Shown: positions 13,126 through 25,849 of the stretch, in pieces
Layout of the letters: every line of letters starts with the position of its first letter
Numbering within the stretch: the stretch's first letter is position 1
The notes under the pieces: model-generated
Told to the model about the DNA's origin: nothing
Database searches by the model: none
The model's input: only the letters and a program-made list of their open reading frames with translations
Program-made: the position numbers and the translations under genes
Source: Histomonas meleagridis 2922-C6/04-290x
Taxonomy: Eukaryota; Protista; Parabasalia
Direction: 5' to 3'
Assembly (NCBI GenBank): GCA_020184695.1
Contig: JAANOX010000227.1
Span: forward strand, 74,927-138,926
DNA length: 64,000 bases

Positions 13126-14381
13126 GTTTCATTTTATAAAGTGTGTTAAATAAACAAAAGTTATTAATATAAAATTAAAATTAAATCATTATTCGCTTAC
13201 AAAATTCAAGTATTATTTTTCGTTAATCTGACATTTTATATTTTATCAGAATTATCCTGACAAAAATAGGAAGTATCCAAAAAAAATTGAATAGGTGATA
13301 TTATCTCACAATTCCTAGTAATTTGTATACTCATTCAAAAATGGCATCATGAAAAAGAAAAATTTTTTAAATAAAATCATATACATAGAATATTTTAATA
13401 AAAATAATATACCACCATATGTTTTAACATATGGAGAATTTGATTATGATATTTATTTTTTGAAATTTTTTTACTTTTATTAATCTGCATTAATTACATC
13501 AAAAATTATTTTTTCTTCATTATATGCCATAAAATATATTTTCTACTTATATATATTATGTTTTTGATGTTATTATTTTAAAATAAATAATTTTATTTTT
13601 TCGAGAATTTTTTAATTTTAAAATTTTTGATTTTTTTCTTGTTGTAATTATACAACAGTTCAAAAAGTCAAAAATTGAGTCGATAACCGTCCAAAAGTGT
13701 GTATGTTTTGGGTATTTTTTAAGTCACCTACTCTCTATCAAAAGCAGGTTTGGAAAATTGGGACGGGATTCCTTCCATCGCAGACGTAATTATGACATGT
13801 TAACATCATTATAAAAAATGGTAACAGTTTAAAAGTGGAAAACAGAACAACTGATATCATTAAATAAAGACTTCTTTGAAAAATGCTTATTTTAGCAAAA
13901 AACAGAAAACATGTTTCAAACAGACAATGTTATGAATTGAATACTAATTCCGGAATAAGTCTGTTTCGGAATAAATCTATTCTGAAATAAAACTTATTCC
14001 GAAATAAGTCACTATTACATGAAAAAGTCACTATTTCCCAAACGAAATTTTTTTCCAGAAATAGTATATAAATTCCATCAAAACCAATAAAATCTTCGAT
14101 TGATATTGTTGAATTATTAGAGGTATTTCGAAAAAAGTCGTTTGTTTCGGAAGAATAAAATTTTTTTTGAAAAAACGCTGAAAATCGAAAAATTGTTTAA
14201 TCACGAAAAGCAGTCGAAAATCGAAATAACATGCACCCAAAACAGTTTTATCGAAAAAGCTTGACTTTTTCAGATGAAAATCGAATGAATTACGGTTATA
14301 ATTTTTCATGATGTTATCAAAATGTTAGATTTTGAATAGTAATTAGTTTTGTTTCAATTCAAAAATTATCACTTTACATAA

Positions 14382-15290
14382 ATGAACATGGCTTTGCAGC
14401 AATAATATCAAAATAGGGTTATCACTTTTAATGACGATGACAATATCAATGAAGACAATGATGAGAACGAATTTCAAAAAAGGAGCATATTTGAAGAATT
14501 GATCAATACCAACAGAGAAGTTTCATTGATAACATCAACCAGGTTTAATATAAATGAATTTAACAAAATTTGTGAAGCATGTCAATTAGTTTTTGAAAGT
14601 ACTGGACAAGGCAGAAAACATATTCTGGCATCAAAAAGTATGCTTTTGAATACATCAACATATCTTGCATCTGATTCTAAGTTCAGTTTAATTGGTCAAA
14701 TTTCCAACATTGCAGAATCTCTTGTATATAACGATACATTTCACGATCCAAAGAATCGCGCGATGCTAACGTTAGTCGCGAAATTCTGTGTAATACCTAT
14801 ACAAACTAACCTTAGAAGAACGACATTTTCAAAACTTCCCAAATGCATTTGGTGCTATTGACACCACATTTATTTATATAAATAAGCCAGATTTAAAAGA
14901 AGAACAAAAACGTAATTGATCCTTTAAACATGGTATGTGCGGAGTGAAGATACGAGCTCTCGTTCGTCCAAACGGTCTCTGTACACTTTTTTCTGTCGGT
15001 ATCCCTGGTTCAGTTCATGATTTGTGGCTGAAAAATTTCTATATATACACTTGACAATGCAAAATGGTACACAAATTGAAGGTCATTTTCGACTACTTTT
15101 CGATAAACGGTATACGGGCCTGAATTTATAGGGATACCCGGAAGCATTCACTATCGAAAAGTCAAAAGGAAGAGACCTGACACAATAAGAAATAGCTACC
15201 AATACACGAATCGAAAAAGTTCGTGTAATAGTGGAAAACTATTTTGGTAGGCTAAAAGCTAATTTTGACATCTTGGGACAAGAAATCAAT
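14382..15290 (+). pseudogene. PIF/Harbinger-ISL2EU group (DDE_Tnp_4) transposase, decayed
   Basis: Manual translation across frameshifts: FPNAFGAIDTTFIYINKP..GIPGSVHDL..FDKRYTGL..RVIVENYFGRLKANFDIL. ATG 14382 has a TCACT initiator-like motif just upstream. No TIRs found. Confidence 0.8.
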
Positions 15291-15373
15291 ATATCTCAGG
15301 AAATCGATAAATTTCAATGAATCTCGAGTAATCAAAAAATTTTAGGAAATAAATCTTTTTTACATTAAAAAAA

Positions 15374-15445
15374 TGGATGTGTGGGGGATCGAACCCCAGG
15401 CCTCTACAATGCAAATGTAGCGCTCTACCACTGAGCTACACACCC
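15374..15445 (-). tRNA. trnA: tRNA-Ala(TGC)
   Basis: Exact reverse complement of 4143-4214, with an oligo-T terminator on the minus strand. Confidence 0.96.
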
Positions 15446-15737
15446 TTTACATATATTTAAATATGATGGATATTTAAATTAATATAATTGAGATGAACAA
15501 CATATTCATATAATATCAATCATGAAAACACTGTAGATAGAAATAACGATACAGCTGATGAATTAAACTATAATGCGGAATAATCACAGACTTTCAAGAT
15601 ATTTGAAAATTATAACTGTTTAGTTCTAATATATTATTTAAAGTTCAATCTTTTTCTAAAAAAAATTAATGAAAAATAATAATAAAAAGGAATGAAACAC
15701 AATAAATAAGTATATTTTAAGCAGTAATAATCAAATA

Positions 15738-16901
15738 TCATTTACTGAGTGGTTTTGGGTGTATTGAACTCAGGAAATCAATAAATTGTTGATCAGATAC
15801 TGAACTTCCTTTGTCTTCCTCGAATTCGAACCCTTCATTTTTTTGATGGCGTTTGTGCTTTTGTTGGTTCTTACGCTGAGTTCCTTTGTGAGATGGCGGT
15901 TGTGAAGTGTATTGCGGTTGTGGCGGTTGTTGTGGTTGATGCTGAGATGAGTTTTGTGGCATTGAAGGTTCTTGACGCTTTGGTAAGAGATCAAGGAGGT
16001 CAAGGAGATCGTCTGTGTTGGATGTTTCCTGTTGTGCAGGTTGTGGGGAACTCTGTTTTGGCGGGGGCATTTGTGGAGTTCCGATCAAGTCAAGAAGATC
16101 ATCTGCGTTTTTCTTTTTAGTGGTCTTTTTCTTTGGTTTCTTTTGTTCTCTCTGTGGTATTCCTTGGGCTTCGATTTCCCTTAGAGCATCAACATCAAAT
16201 GATCCCTTTTTGAGGAATTTATTGTATGATGCCTTATATAACTTACAGAATTCAATTAAATAATTGATGATTGATTTGACATATTCATCACTCATTGTTG
16301 GAAGAAGTTTAATAAGCCTTTGATGGACTTCGTTGACATTTGGAAGGATTTCTTGAAGGGTTTTATCTTCTGCTCCCGCTCCAGAATTAAGAGCAGTGAT
16401 AATTGCTTGATTGAACATCTTAAGTAATTCATATGACGCTGAAAAGTCACTGATAAATTTGTTGGCTGTTTCCGGTGTCATTACGTATTTGTATGTATAA
16501 GATTTGATATTTTTTACCCATTCAACAAAATCTTTATGAAGAACATTATTCTTTTTACATTCTTCAACCCATGAATCTACAAGATCATAGAGAGCTTTGT
16601 GAACTGCAGGATCTTTCGTAACAGGATCTACACCAATTTTTTTAATTGATTTTGATGATTGAAGAGATTTGAGTAATTGGGCACTTCCGTTTTTAAAAAG
16701 GAAATCAACGAGAGATATACAATTCAATTTATCTAAAAGTTCACTTGATATCATTATTTCTTCTATTGTCTCAAAAATATTTGATTGATCTGTGACGCTT
16801 TTATTAGCAATATCAACAATATGAAAGGCATGAGAGTAATCAATTGTATCTTTGCCTGTTCGAATTGTTTTTGAAACCAATTCGAAAATATTTCGGTGCA
16901 T
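15738..16901 (-). CDS. VHS-domain (TOM1/GGA-like) membrane-trafficking adaptor
   Basis: Intact 387-aa ORF. N-terminal helical VHS-like region (LNCISLVDFLFKNGS), GAT-like helices, and a P/Q-rich tail with DDLLDL motifs. Confidence 0.6.
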   Translation of the reverse strand: MHRNIFELVSKTIRTGKDTIDYSHAFHIVDIANKSVTDQSNIFETIEEIMISSELLDKLNCISLVDFLFKNGSAQLLKSLQSSKSIKKIGVDPVTKDPAVHKALYDLVDSWVEECKKNNVLHKDFVEWVKNIKSYTYKYVMTPETANKFISDFSASYELLKMFNQAIITALNSGAGAEDKTLQEILPNVNEVHQRLIKLLPTMSDEYVKSIINYLIEFCKLYKASYNKFLKKGSFDVDALREIEAQGIPQREQKKPKKKTTKKKNADDLLDLIGTPQMPPPKQSSPQPAQQETSNTDDLLDLLDLLPKRQEPSMPQNSSQHQPQQPPQPQYTSQPPSHKGTQRKNQQKHKRHQKNEGFEFEEDKGSSVSDQQFIDFLSSIHPKPLSK

Positions 16902-17323
16902 TTTGTTATTTTAACGGTTATTTTTAATGTCAGTTTTTTGTGCGATCATCTAAAGTATTGAAAAAGTTTAATGAAAATTCTGAACGTTCTTTTTTTTTAA
17001 ATTTTTGTTGGCACAAAGTGTAAAATTAACAGTATCCATTACATGTTTCTCCTCCATTACTTTGAGTTTAAAAATAGTTGTGTTTGGTTTATTAAATTAA
17101 CTTTGCTATTTACATGTAAATTGAATCGAATCTTCAATAATCTATTTTCATCCACATAAACTTAATTTCACATATTCTGGATGTAACAGTGTTAACAAAT
17201 ATTGTAATGGTAGAGAAAAATGGATTCTTCAAGAATTTTCGAAAATTTCGTACAAAACGGTTTATAACAGCTGTCACATTTTGTATAAAAACTTTGGACA
17301 TTTAAAAGCAGTGTATCAATATT

Positions 17324-18493
17324 TTATTCATTTGTTTCGGGGTTTTCCTCATCATCCTCTTCTTCTTCTTCCATGATTTCTCCGAGCAGTTCTTCATCTA
17401 TTGCCAAAGGATTTCCCTCATTTAAGTGGATATATTCCTGTCCACTAAGCTCCAATGGCAATGATGCCTCCAAAGCAACTTGCTGTGATTGCATTATGTT
17501 TGTTAAATTTGCATCTGGTGGTACAGTGAAATATTTATATCTTCCATTCCAGAGTTCATCCATGATCAATTTTGCCGCATTCCTAATGTTTGTACCATAC
17601 TTTTGTCCGTATGCTCTAAAGAACTCTTTAGGATCTTCCACTGGTGGGATTTCCAAGGTAAGGAAAATGTTATCATCATTACGACGTAAGAAAGTTTCAG
17701 TAGCAAGTTCATGAATTGGGTCAACAAAGTCAGCTCCTTGTAGAAGTCCCATTTCTGGTGTTGGGACAAGGAATGAATATGATTCAACTTCAAGAAGAAG
17801 ACCACTGTTAAACTGGCAAATTGTTGATTTTCCAACTCCTCTAATTCCAATGACACCGACTTTTTGTGCATTGGGTGCAACTTGTGCTATGATATCTCTG
17901 ACTGCTGGAAGTGATAGTTGAGTATTAATAGCTGAAATAGCAACGGTTGGAGCAACTTCGATAAGCTTAGCAAGCCATCTGATTGCAGCTTCACGTGGAA
18001 TAAGATCTATCTTATTAAGGATAATGATAAGTGGTTTTTTCTTATTCTGTAAAACTTCGGTCTCTGCTTCAAGAAGTCTGCATGCAGTTGGATCACGTGC
18101 ATCTAATACTTCTATGATTGTATCTGCTTCTTCAACTGCTGCCAAAAGTTGCTGATATGAATTTGTAGCATTTTGTATTTTTTGTTTATGAGCTTGTGCA
18201 AGTTGTTTTTTCACATTTTCGAGTTGAATTTCAAATGGTTTTCTCTTTTCTTTAACACGTGTAGATTCTACTTGTCGAATAACATCATTTAAGAAAGCTG
18301 AACCCTCATGAACTTGAGCTGCAATTGCTTCTCGATTTGGAAGTGATTGTGGAGGATTTAAAATCTTCTTTGATCTCTTTGGGAATTTCTTTGTTTTGGC
18401 TTCCTTCCTTTCACGTTCTCTCTTGGCTTTGGCCTTTTTACGAATAACAGCAGCCATTTTAAGGGAAGGACGTCGGGATAACTTTTTCCCCAT
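17324..18493 (-). CDS. GNL3: GNL3/nucleostemin (Nug1)-like circularly permuted GTPase
   Basis: Basic N-terminus (MGKKLSRRPSLK..), EVLDARDP, G4 NKID, G5 ISA, G1 GIRGVGKS in permuted order, acidic tail. Confidence 0.78.
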   Translation of the reverse strand: MGKKLSRRPSLKMAAVIRKKAKAKRERERKEAKTKKFPKRSKKILNPPQSLPNREAIAAQVHEGSAFLNDVIRQVESTRVKEKRKPFEIQLENVKKQLAQAHKQKIQNATNSYQQLLAAVEEADTIIEVLDARDPTACRLLEAETEVLQNKKKPLIIILNKIDLIPREAAIRWLAKLIEVAPTVAISAINTQLSLPAVRDIIAQVAPNAQKVGVIGIRGVGKSTICQFNSGLLLEVESYSFLVPTPEMGLLQGADFVDPIHELATETFLRRNDDNIFLTLEIPPVEDPKEFFRAYGQKYGTNIRNAAKLIMDELWNGRYKYFTVPPDANLTNIMQSQQVALEASLPLELSGQEYIHLNEGNPLAIDEELLGEIMEEEEEDDEENPETNE

Positions 18494-18960
18494 TAAAATT
18501 ATGGCTTCTTACTCGACCACGAAATCTTTCAAAACTTTATGCGTAGCGGTTTAAACGGCTGCCTTCTTTCACATAAATTTTTAGAATTTAAGTATATCTA
18601 TCTTAATCCATAATACTAGTTGGTTTGATAGTTGATAACGCTTTTCGTAAACCGACAAATAGTAATCATTGATCAAAAAATCGTAACTACTTTTCTAAAT
18701 TTTAAACTTTTTTTCCTCCTACTGACTCTGAATGATAAGTATTTTTTTTTTAATTACAGAATTCAAAAATCAAATAAAGAAATTTTAGAGAGCTCCTAAA
18801 ACGCAAAAAATTTTCGGTGTTATTTAATTCATACTGTACAACTAATAAAATCTTTATTATTGCAATATGTATTGTGTATCTTTTTAAACGCTGATTTACA
18901 ATCAAATTTGATTTCTCTAAATCAGAAAATTAATTTATATTTATTTATTTATTTATTCAC

Positions 18961-21900
18961 TCAAACGGTACCATAATTTCGCACAAACCGGAGCCTGCAT
19001 TCACCACATTACCCACTGACAAACACGCGGAAGGTGACTTCATATTGTCCTTACTTCCATGTAACGATGCGTAAGATAAGAATTGCGTTGTTGTTTTCGA
19101 AAGACATTTGTTGGAAAGGCGAAGGGCAGCACTTCATTGAGTGTCTGCTCATTCCCAACCATTCACCAGTGTTTGTTACGTAATCAGCGATTAATTGCAA
19201 ATGTCTTTTATCGATTGATATCGAATAAGCATTAAATACATTTTGTACTTCTTTAATTATTGCATTTCTTGCAGCTTCTATACCGAAATGTTCCAATATA
19301 CCATAGATATGATTTGTATAGAAGTGATTTATATCGACTAAATCATTTTCGATAATTTCATCGAAGTTATAACCTTCTGTGTTTATTACAACTTGACCAT
19401 TCTTATTGAAAGTATAATTAGCTTTAGTTACGCCTTTAATTTCTTGGATTTTAATTTCATTTAATACATTTTCGATGATTGAATCCAATAATATTTTAAT
19501 GTTTACATTTGAGATATTAAATCGTACAAACATTGATAGTTCTTCTAAATTAATATCTAATTCCATTTTGTCTTCATCATTTTTAGGTTCTTCTTCATCA
19601 TTATCATTTGACTTTTTCTTTTTATTATTTTTACTTTTATTTGTTTCACCAATTTCATCGTCATCTGCTTCATATGAATTTTGTTCATTTTTACGTGTGT
19701 TCTTTTTACTTAAATCGGCACCCATTTCTTCATAACGTTGATTAGAATTCGCATTTAATGTTAAGTCGTCATTATTCACTTCATTAATTTTAATTCCTGT
19801 CGACTTAAGTATTGAATTAATTTTCTTTTTAAGTAATGATGAGAATTTACGTTTTAATGTTAATAACTTTTCATCTTCATATAAATTCCATTTATTAAAT
19901 TGTTCTTCATTAAATTTTAATATGATTGTAATGATTCGATTCCGTTTAACTTCATTTTTAACATTAAAGTCTTCAATGATTTTATATGACTTAATAATTT
20001 CTTTCAGTGAAACTCGTTTGAATTTAGAAACAAATTTTTCTGCTTCTTCTTTATCATTTTGAATCTTTAATGGTATAGACATTGTCGGTGTAATTGGTGA
20101 ATGTGTAGCAACAACTAAAATTTCACGTAAACGTGGAATACCTAATGTAACATTAGCGCCACCATAACCGGCTAAGTGAAAAGTATTTAATGTCATTTGT
20201 GTAGCTGGTTCACCTATAGCTTGTGCAGCTATAATTCCTACAATTTCACCTGGTTGAATTTGTGACTTAAAATAATTAAATAATGCTATAGCTTTAAGTT
20301 TTTCGGGATCAATTTTATGTTCTATATTTTCATTTTCACAATATGAATTTAATGATTTCTCAAATGATTCACTAATAGAACCGACATGAATATGTGGTGG
20401 ATATATTGATTGGATTGGATTAGTACGTTCTTCTTTTCGAATCAAGTAAATTCATCGCTTCTTCACATTCTGCTTTTTCCATTAATTCACTAATATTTAA
20501 TTTGCTTAAATATGCATTATAATTATCTTCCATGAACTCAAATTTTTCGATATATTTGTTATTCATTGGATCAATTCCATCTTCGCCATATAAGAATTGG
20601 ATAATATTATCATCACTATTACGGACTGTACCATCATATGCTACACGAATTCCTTCCATATGTTTAATGATACATCGTTGTAAATATCCAGTGTTAGCTG
20701 TCTTAACTGCAGTATCTGTAAGTCCTTCACGTCCTGCCATACAATGGAAGTAATATTCTTGTGGCTTTAAACCTGTTAAGAATCGACTACTAATAAACCC
20801 ACCTGCTATAGGCGCTAATTTCATTGGTTTAAATGATGGTAATGATTTACCTGATGACATAAATGGTACACGTTTACCTTCAAGTTCTTGTTGTCCTAAT
20901 AAACATGCCATTTGTGATAAGTTAACGACTGATCCTTTAGCTCCGGATTGTGTCATTGTAATTAAACAATTCTTTGGAAATCTTTTCGATAATTGTAATG
21001 GAAAGATGGCGGAAATAATCTCTGTGGCTATTGGATTAATTGCATTCTTCATATGATTATCAAAACGTTCCTTTAAGTCCGGCTTCATAACTAATTCAAG
21101 AAGTTGTTGCTTAAATGGTAAATGTGATTTTGCTGGTGATCCATATTCTTTAACAAAGCTTTGACCTGCTTCTTTTGCTGCTTCTTTCATTTTTTGATTC
21201 ATTTCATTACGAATATGTTCAGCTCTATGTGTAATTACCATATCATCTATACCACATGTAAATCCATGTGTTTGTAAATAATATGTAAATAAACATGATA
21301 ACATTGTAAGAAATCGACCAGCTAATTGACTTCCATAAAGCTCAAAAAGACTATGAACTAAACCATATGTAGATGCACCATATTGTGCTTTATCCATGAT
21401 ACCATACATTAATTCAGAATCAAAGAAACAAACATTACATTCTTCTGGATCACTACGTAAAAGTTGATTAGTGAACTTGCTTTTTGATGTGAGCATTAAC
21501 GGTTCCTTGTCTTTTGTAAGGTTTATCAAAATTGTCGATATAACTTGTTTACCTGTCCAAAGTTGTTTTGGATAAATAATTGCTGGTTGAAGTAATATTA
21601 AACGACAATTAGGTTCATTACCAAAGGCAGAAAATACAAGTTGTGAATATTGGGAATATGTAAAGAACTTATCTTTCATTGTAAGTAAAGCACCTGAATC
21701 TACATGATCTTGAATTAAACCTCGAATTGGATTTCCTGCTGTAGGTGTTACATAATGAATTGATGATAATGATAAATGCTTTGCTTCAGATCTTCCTAAT
21801 TCATTTTGTAAAAGATGTAAATTGATTTCATCACCATCAAAATCTGCATTAAATGAGGCACAATTACTATAATGCATACGTAATGTTTTTTGATTTGGTA

Positions 21901-23341
21901 AAACACGTGCTTTCATACCTAAAATTGAAACACGATGAAGAGTTGGTTGACGATTAATTAAAACAAAATCACCATCTTGAACATGTCGACCAACAATAAT
22001 TGGCATAGAACCATCATTAGAATAAATCATCTTTGCAAATTTATTTCTTTCTTGATCGGTCATGTTTGCTAACCTATAAGTACGTCCTTCACCATTTGTT
22101 ATAAAGTTTGCTCCAGGATAAACATCGGGACCGTTTAAAATCAGTTTTGACAGTTTATCTTTGTTGAATTCTGTGACTTTTTCTGGGTACGATAGAGTTT
22201 TGGCAAAAATTTCGGGTACCCCAATTTCATCTGTTGAAATATATGGATCTGGTGTAATAACTGAACGTGCAGAAAAGTTTACACGTTTACCCATAAGATT
22301 TTTACGAAAGAGTCCTTCTTTCTTTTCAAGAATTTGACGAATACCATGTGGAAGTTTCTTATTACTTTTAACAAGAGTATTATCAAAAAATGCATTAACG
22401 CTTGATTGAAGACGAGAATGGTTATTATTAATTCCATCTTTGTCATCGTCAGCTATAGATTTTGCAAGTGATATTTCAGATTTAACAATATCTGCTAACG
22501 CAGATGATGATGGATGAGCATTGATTTTATCTCCTAAAACACTTGCTGGACGGAACTTTGAAGGTGTGACACATACTGTTTCAATGAAAAATTGACTTGG
22601 GCCAATATCAGAAAAGAATTCATTGTAGAAAGATTGATTTTTTTCATAAAATTTGTAAAGTAATTCTTTGATGTTTTCGATTGGAACAAAAGATGCATCG
22701 TTATTATTAACAAATTGAAAATGAAATGAATCGAATTTGAGTTCAGAACAACCACTTTGGCAATTTGAACATATTTTCTTATACGTTGCAATCTTAGAAA
22801 GAAAAGTTTTGATGACCGTTGAACGCATTGAAGATGTATAAGAGTTTGGTGGAATAACTGGAGTAGAATGAATTACTTCTTCCATAACTCTTATCTTTTC
22901 TTTAAGCTGTTGTTCACCATCATCAACAAAATTCATAAAATCATGTTCGATAACAAAACCACGAGCAACAAGTTTAAGAGCCATTTCAACTTGGATTACA
23001 ATTTGTTCTGGAATTCTTAGCATGTTGCAATGTGGACACATGCCACAAATTAATTGCCTCAAATTTTTTATATAAAAAGGATGATAAACTGGTCTTGATA
23101 AATGAATATGACCAAAGTGGCCATTACAATTCCAAGCATTTTGACCACATATTTCACATTTTTGACTATTTTCTGTGGCACCTAAACGAGGATCATAAAC
23201 ACCTTCTTTAATTGGATTTCCAGAATGATCAAAAATACCACTTCCAGTAATTGGGAGTACACTAAAAGATTCTATATCTTCTTTTGTGTAAGAGGTGAAT
23301 TTAACTGAAGAAATGGGAGAACGAACTTCTTGGAACTCCAT
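18961..23341 (-). CDS. RPA1: RNA polymerase I largest subunit; one gene split by two single-base homopolymer frameshifts (~20430 and ~19097)
   Basis: Zn sites, GKRVNFSARSVI, NRQPTLH, NADFDGD, TLNTFHLAG and the Pol I-type NVTLGIPRLREIL. Removing one A at each site restores the frame, including the tail FETTTQFL..SPSACLSVG..AGSGLCEIMVPFE ending at TGA 18961-18963. Confidence 0.93.
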
Positions 23342-23431
23342 GTTGAGCTTTAGGCAAAGTTCAACTCAACCCGTTCAATTTTGATATCACACGACCAGAG
23401 GCATTAACGGTCTATCAGAAGGAGTTCTTCC

Positions 23432-23758
23432 ATGGAAGTAAGGAAAAATGTAATTGTACCAAATGAATCGAACTATATCGAATTATTCGATGACAATACA
23501 TTGACAAAAGGAGATATTATGCAAATATCAGTTTCTATTATATTATCAAACCAATCTGTTGAAAAACATAAACATTACGATATGAACGAAATATTTATTG
23601 TTGAAGAAGGAGAACTTGATATTACTGTTGATGATAATATTGTCCATATGTGCAAAGGCGATGCTGTCCTAGTTCGTCCAGGTCATTATCATGGCTTGTT
23701 TAATAGTTCACCAGAAACTTGCAAAGTTCTTATTATAGCAATAGCTTGTCCTCTTTAA
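23432..23758 (+). CDS. Cupin_2 (monocupin) protein
   Basis: Cupin motifs HKH...EIFIVEEGE and GDAVLVRPGHYH. Transcribed divergently from RPA1 across 90 bp. Confidence 0.8.
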   Translation: MEVRKNVIVPNESNYIELFDDNTLTKGDIMQISVSIILSNQSVEKHKHYDMNEIFIVEEGELDITVDDNIVHMCKGDAVLVRPGHYHGLFNSSPETCKVLIIAIACPL

Positions 23759-23899
23759 AATTTATGTTAAGAAAATGCCACTTCTAAATATATTTTTAAT
23801 AAAATTTATTCTTTTCTTAAAAAATGTTGTTTGACTTTAACTCGTTATGCAACATTGAAATTATCTAAGATAAATTTTAATTGCAGTCACGGACAAGAA

Positions 23900-24010
23900 A
23901 AAATCCTCATCAGCTGAAAAACTCATTAAATTAAAATGGATCTCGTGTCTCAGGGTCAACAGATGTTTTTAATGAGTCGTTCCAAAGCCCTGTCTCATCC
24001 ATCATTGAGT
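23900..24010 (-). pseudogene. Small IS630/Tc1/pogo transposase remnant
   Basis: Minus-strand translation MMDETGLWNDSLKTSVDPE resembles the first catalytic-D motif (MDETG); very short. Confidence 0.35.
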
Positions 24011-24089
24011 GTTCAATGGAAGAATGTTATTTTGAAAATAATTCATATCCAATAATAATTCATTAATATTGTAATAAAAAAATCCAGAA

Positions 24090-24162
24090 GTACCACTGGC
24101 CCAATGGATAAGGCGTGTGCCTACGGAGCATGAGATTCCAGGTTCGAGTCCTGGGTGGTACA
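24090..24162 (+). tRNA. trnR: tRNA-Arg(ACG), locus A
   Basis: Acceptor GTACCAC/GTGGTAC, anticodon loop CTACGGA, T-arm CCAGG TTCGAGT CCTGG; followed by T7. Confidence 0.96.
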
Positions 24163-24255
24163 TTTTTTTGATTTTTTAGATGCAAGTATTTTTAAGTCGA
24201 GAAAATGATACTACCGGAATCAGCACCCCTGATAACCTTATTAAGATTTCTTTTT

Positions 24256-24448
24256 GGTACTCTCCAAGCAAAAGGGAAAATTTGAATACCTTCCTCTCAA
24301 AAAGTGGAAATGCCTTTCAATTATGCGTGATTTTTTGAATAGCATTGAAAAATTTTCATTCAAAATATTTTTGTGAGAAAATATTCCTTCTCAAATTCGA
24401 TTTCTATGTTCTACATTTTTTGACATAAAAATTTCTGAAAATTTATAA
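24256..24448 (+). repeat. Left TIR of Merlin copy 1
   Basis: Reverse complement of 35070-35263 with a few mismatches. Confidence 0.92.
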
Positions 24449-25849
24449 ATTGCCATTGTATTTTTTAAATAATTTTAAATTATTCGATATTTTCAATTTT
24501 AATATGACAAATATGCACTGACACGCAACATTCTCAGATATAATATATTTATCGAACTCAATATTTATAATGATAATATATATTAAATTCGTTTCCGAAA
24601 TTCGGTCATAGGTATACTGGGAAGATATAAGAACTAGCCATTAAAAATACATAATATATGCACATAATTGAGGATATTAATTAATATAAATATGAAATAA
24701 TATTCATGATAAGTCAAGATAAATTTTTTTTCATTTTTAAAAGTGACAAATATCACTTTTGTATGGTTTATTTTCGTCGGTGCGCCGATGGTAAACGATA
24801 TGACCAATAGATGCAAGATAAATGAGCAATAAATAAACATATTTCTTGATCAATTCATTGCAAATAAAGAAAAAAATACCAAAAAATATCATTAATCATT
24901 ATTTGAAATAAAAATATATGAGGAGGGGGGTGGGGGTAAAAAAAGAACGACCCTTTTATCTCGACTTCTATTCAATAAAAATTATTTTTAAATTATATCA
25001 TATTTAAATATTCATTATTAAATCTAAATATGTGAGCATTATGTTCATCATGTCCAAATGCAATTGTTTTCAATCATTAAATTTTTCTTTATAGACATTT
25101 AGAAATATTGCCAAATTGCATAATTATTGGTAGAGGAATGACATTAAATTCGATGAAGAAGTTATGTTTATATTAGATATATTAAATATACTATTAGTTA
25201 AAAAACCAATTTGTTACACTATCTATTGCATAATTCGAAGAATTGAGAATTTTCACCTTATTTAGAATATTTATGTTCATTTGATTAATATTTGAAACTA
25301 ATAATTTATCGTATTTCATAAAGAATATTGAAATATTATCAAGTTTTTTAAGCACAAAATATAATATCTTATATACTCAGTACCAAACAAATAAAGATCA
25401 TGAAACTGGATTCTGCAATATATTTATTAATATATTACCACATATAAGTAAAAAAATGCAAACGAATTAGATAAATCGAGAATAATAATAAGAGTAATTA
25501 AAGATTACATTAATATTTTATTTATTTTTTTAATATCATAATTTAAATTCCATTGAAAACAAAAAATCGGAAGATATAATCAAGAATAAAAAAAATGTAT
25601 ATAAATATCTACAACAAAGAACAAATATAAAATATTATATAACGAGTTAAATATTACTAAAATACATCAGATAATGAGATAACTCATTATTATAATAATT
25701 AATACAATGAACAACACATGTGTTGATAATTTAATTTATTATTGTTGATGATGCGAAATCATTTATTGTAAGTCATAATAAATCAAAAAGATACAACAAT
25801 TTTTATGCAACAAATTATTATCAAAAACCAATTTATCACTGAAATGATT

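Noticed and set aside
13940-14290. Clustered TTCGGAATAA/TTATTCCGAA and AAATCGAAAA motifs upstream of the Harbinger-like ORF
   Set aside because: Could be subterminal repeats, but no matching right end or TSD was found, so no element boundaries are claimed.
4143-15445. Inverted identical tRNA-Ala genes as ends of a composite element or inversion
   Set aside because: Identity stops at the tRNA boundaries; the flanks are unrelated and there is no TSD.
19051-20445. RPA1 as a genuinely split gene or programmed frameshift
   Set aside because: Both breaks are one extra A in short A-runs, the same error type seen between duplicated copies in this window; no second start context.
15770-22791. Short ORFs overlapping the VHS, GNL3 and RPA1 genes (e.g. 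15770, 15893, 16015, 17373, 17566, 19475, 20532, 22534)
   Set aside because: Antisense or alternate-frame shadows of real genes, with no domain features.
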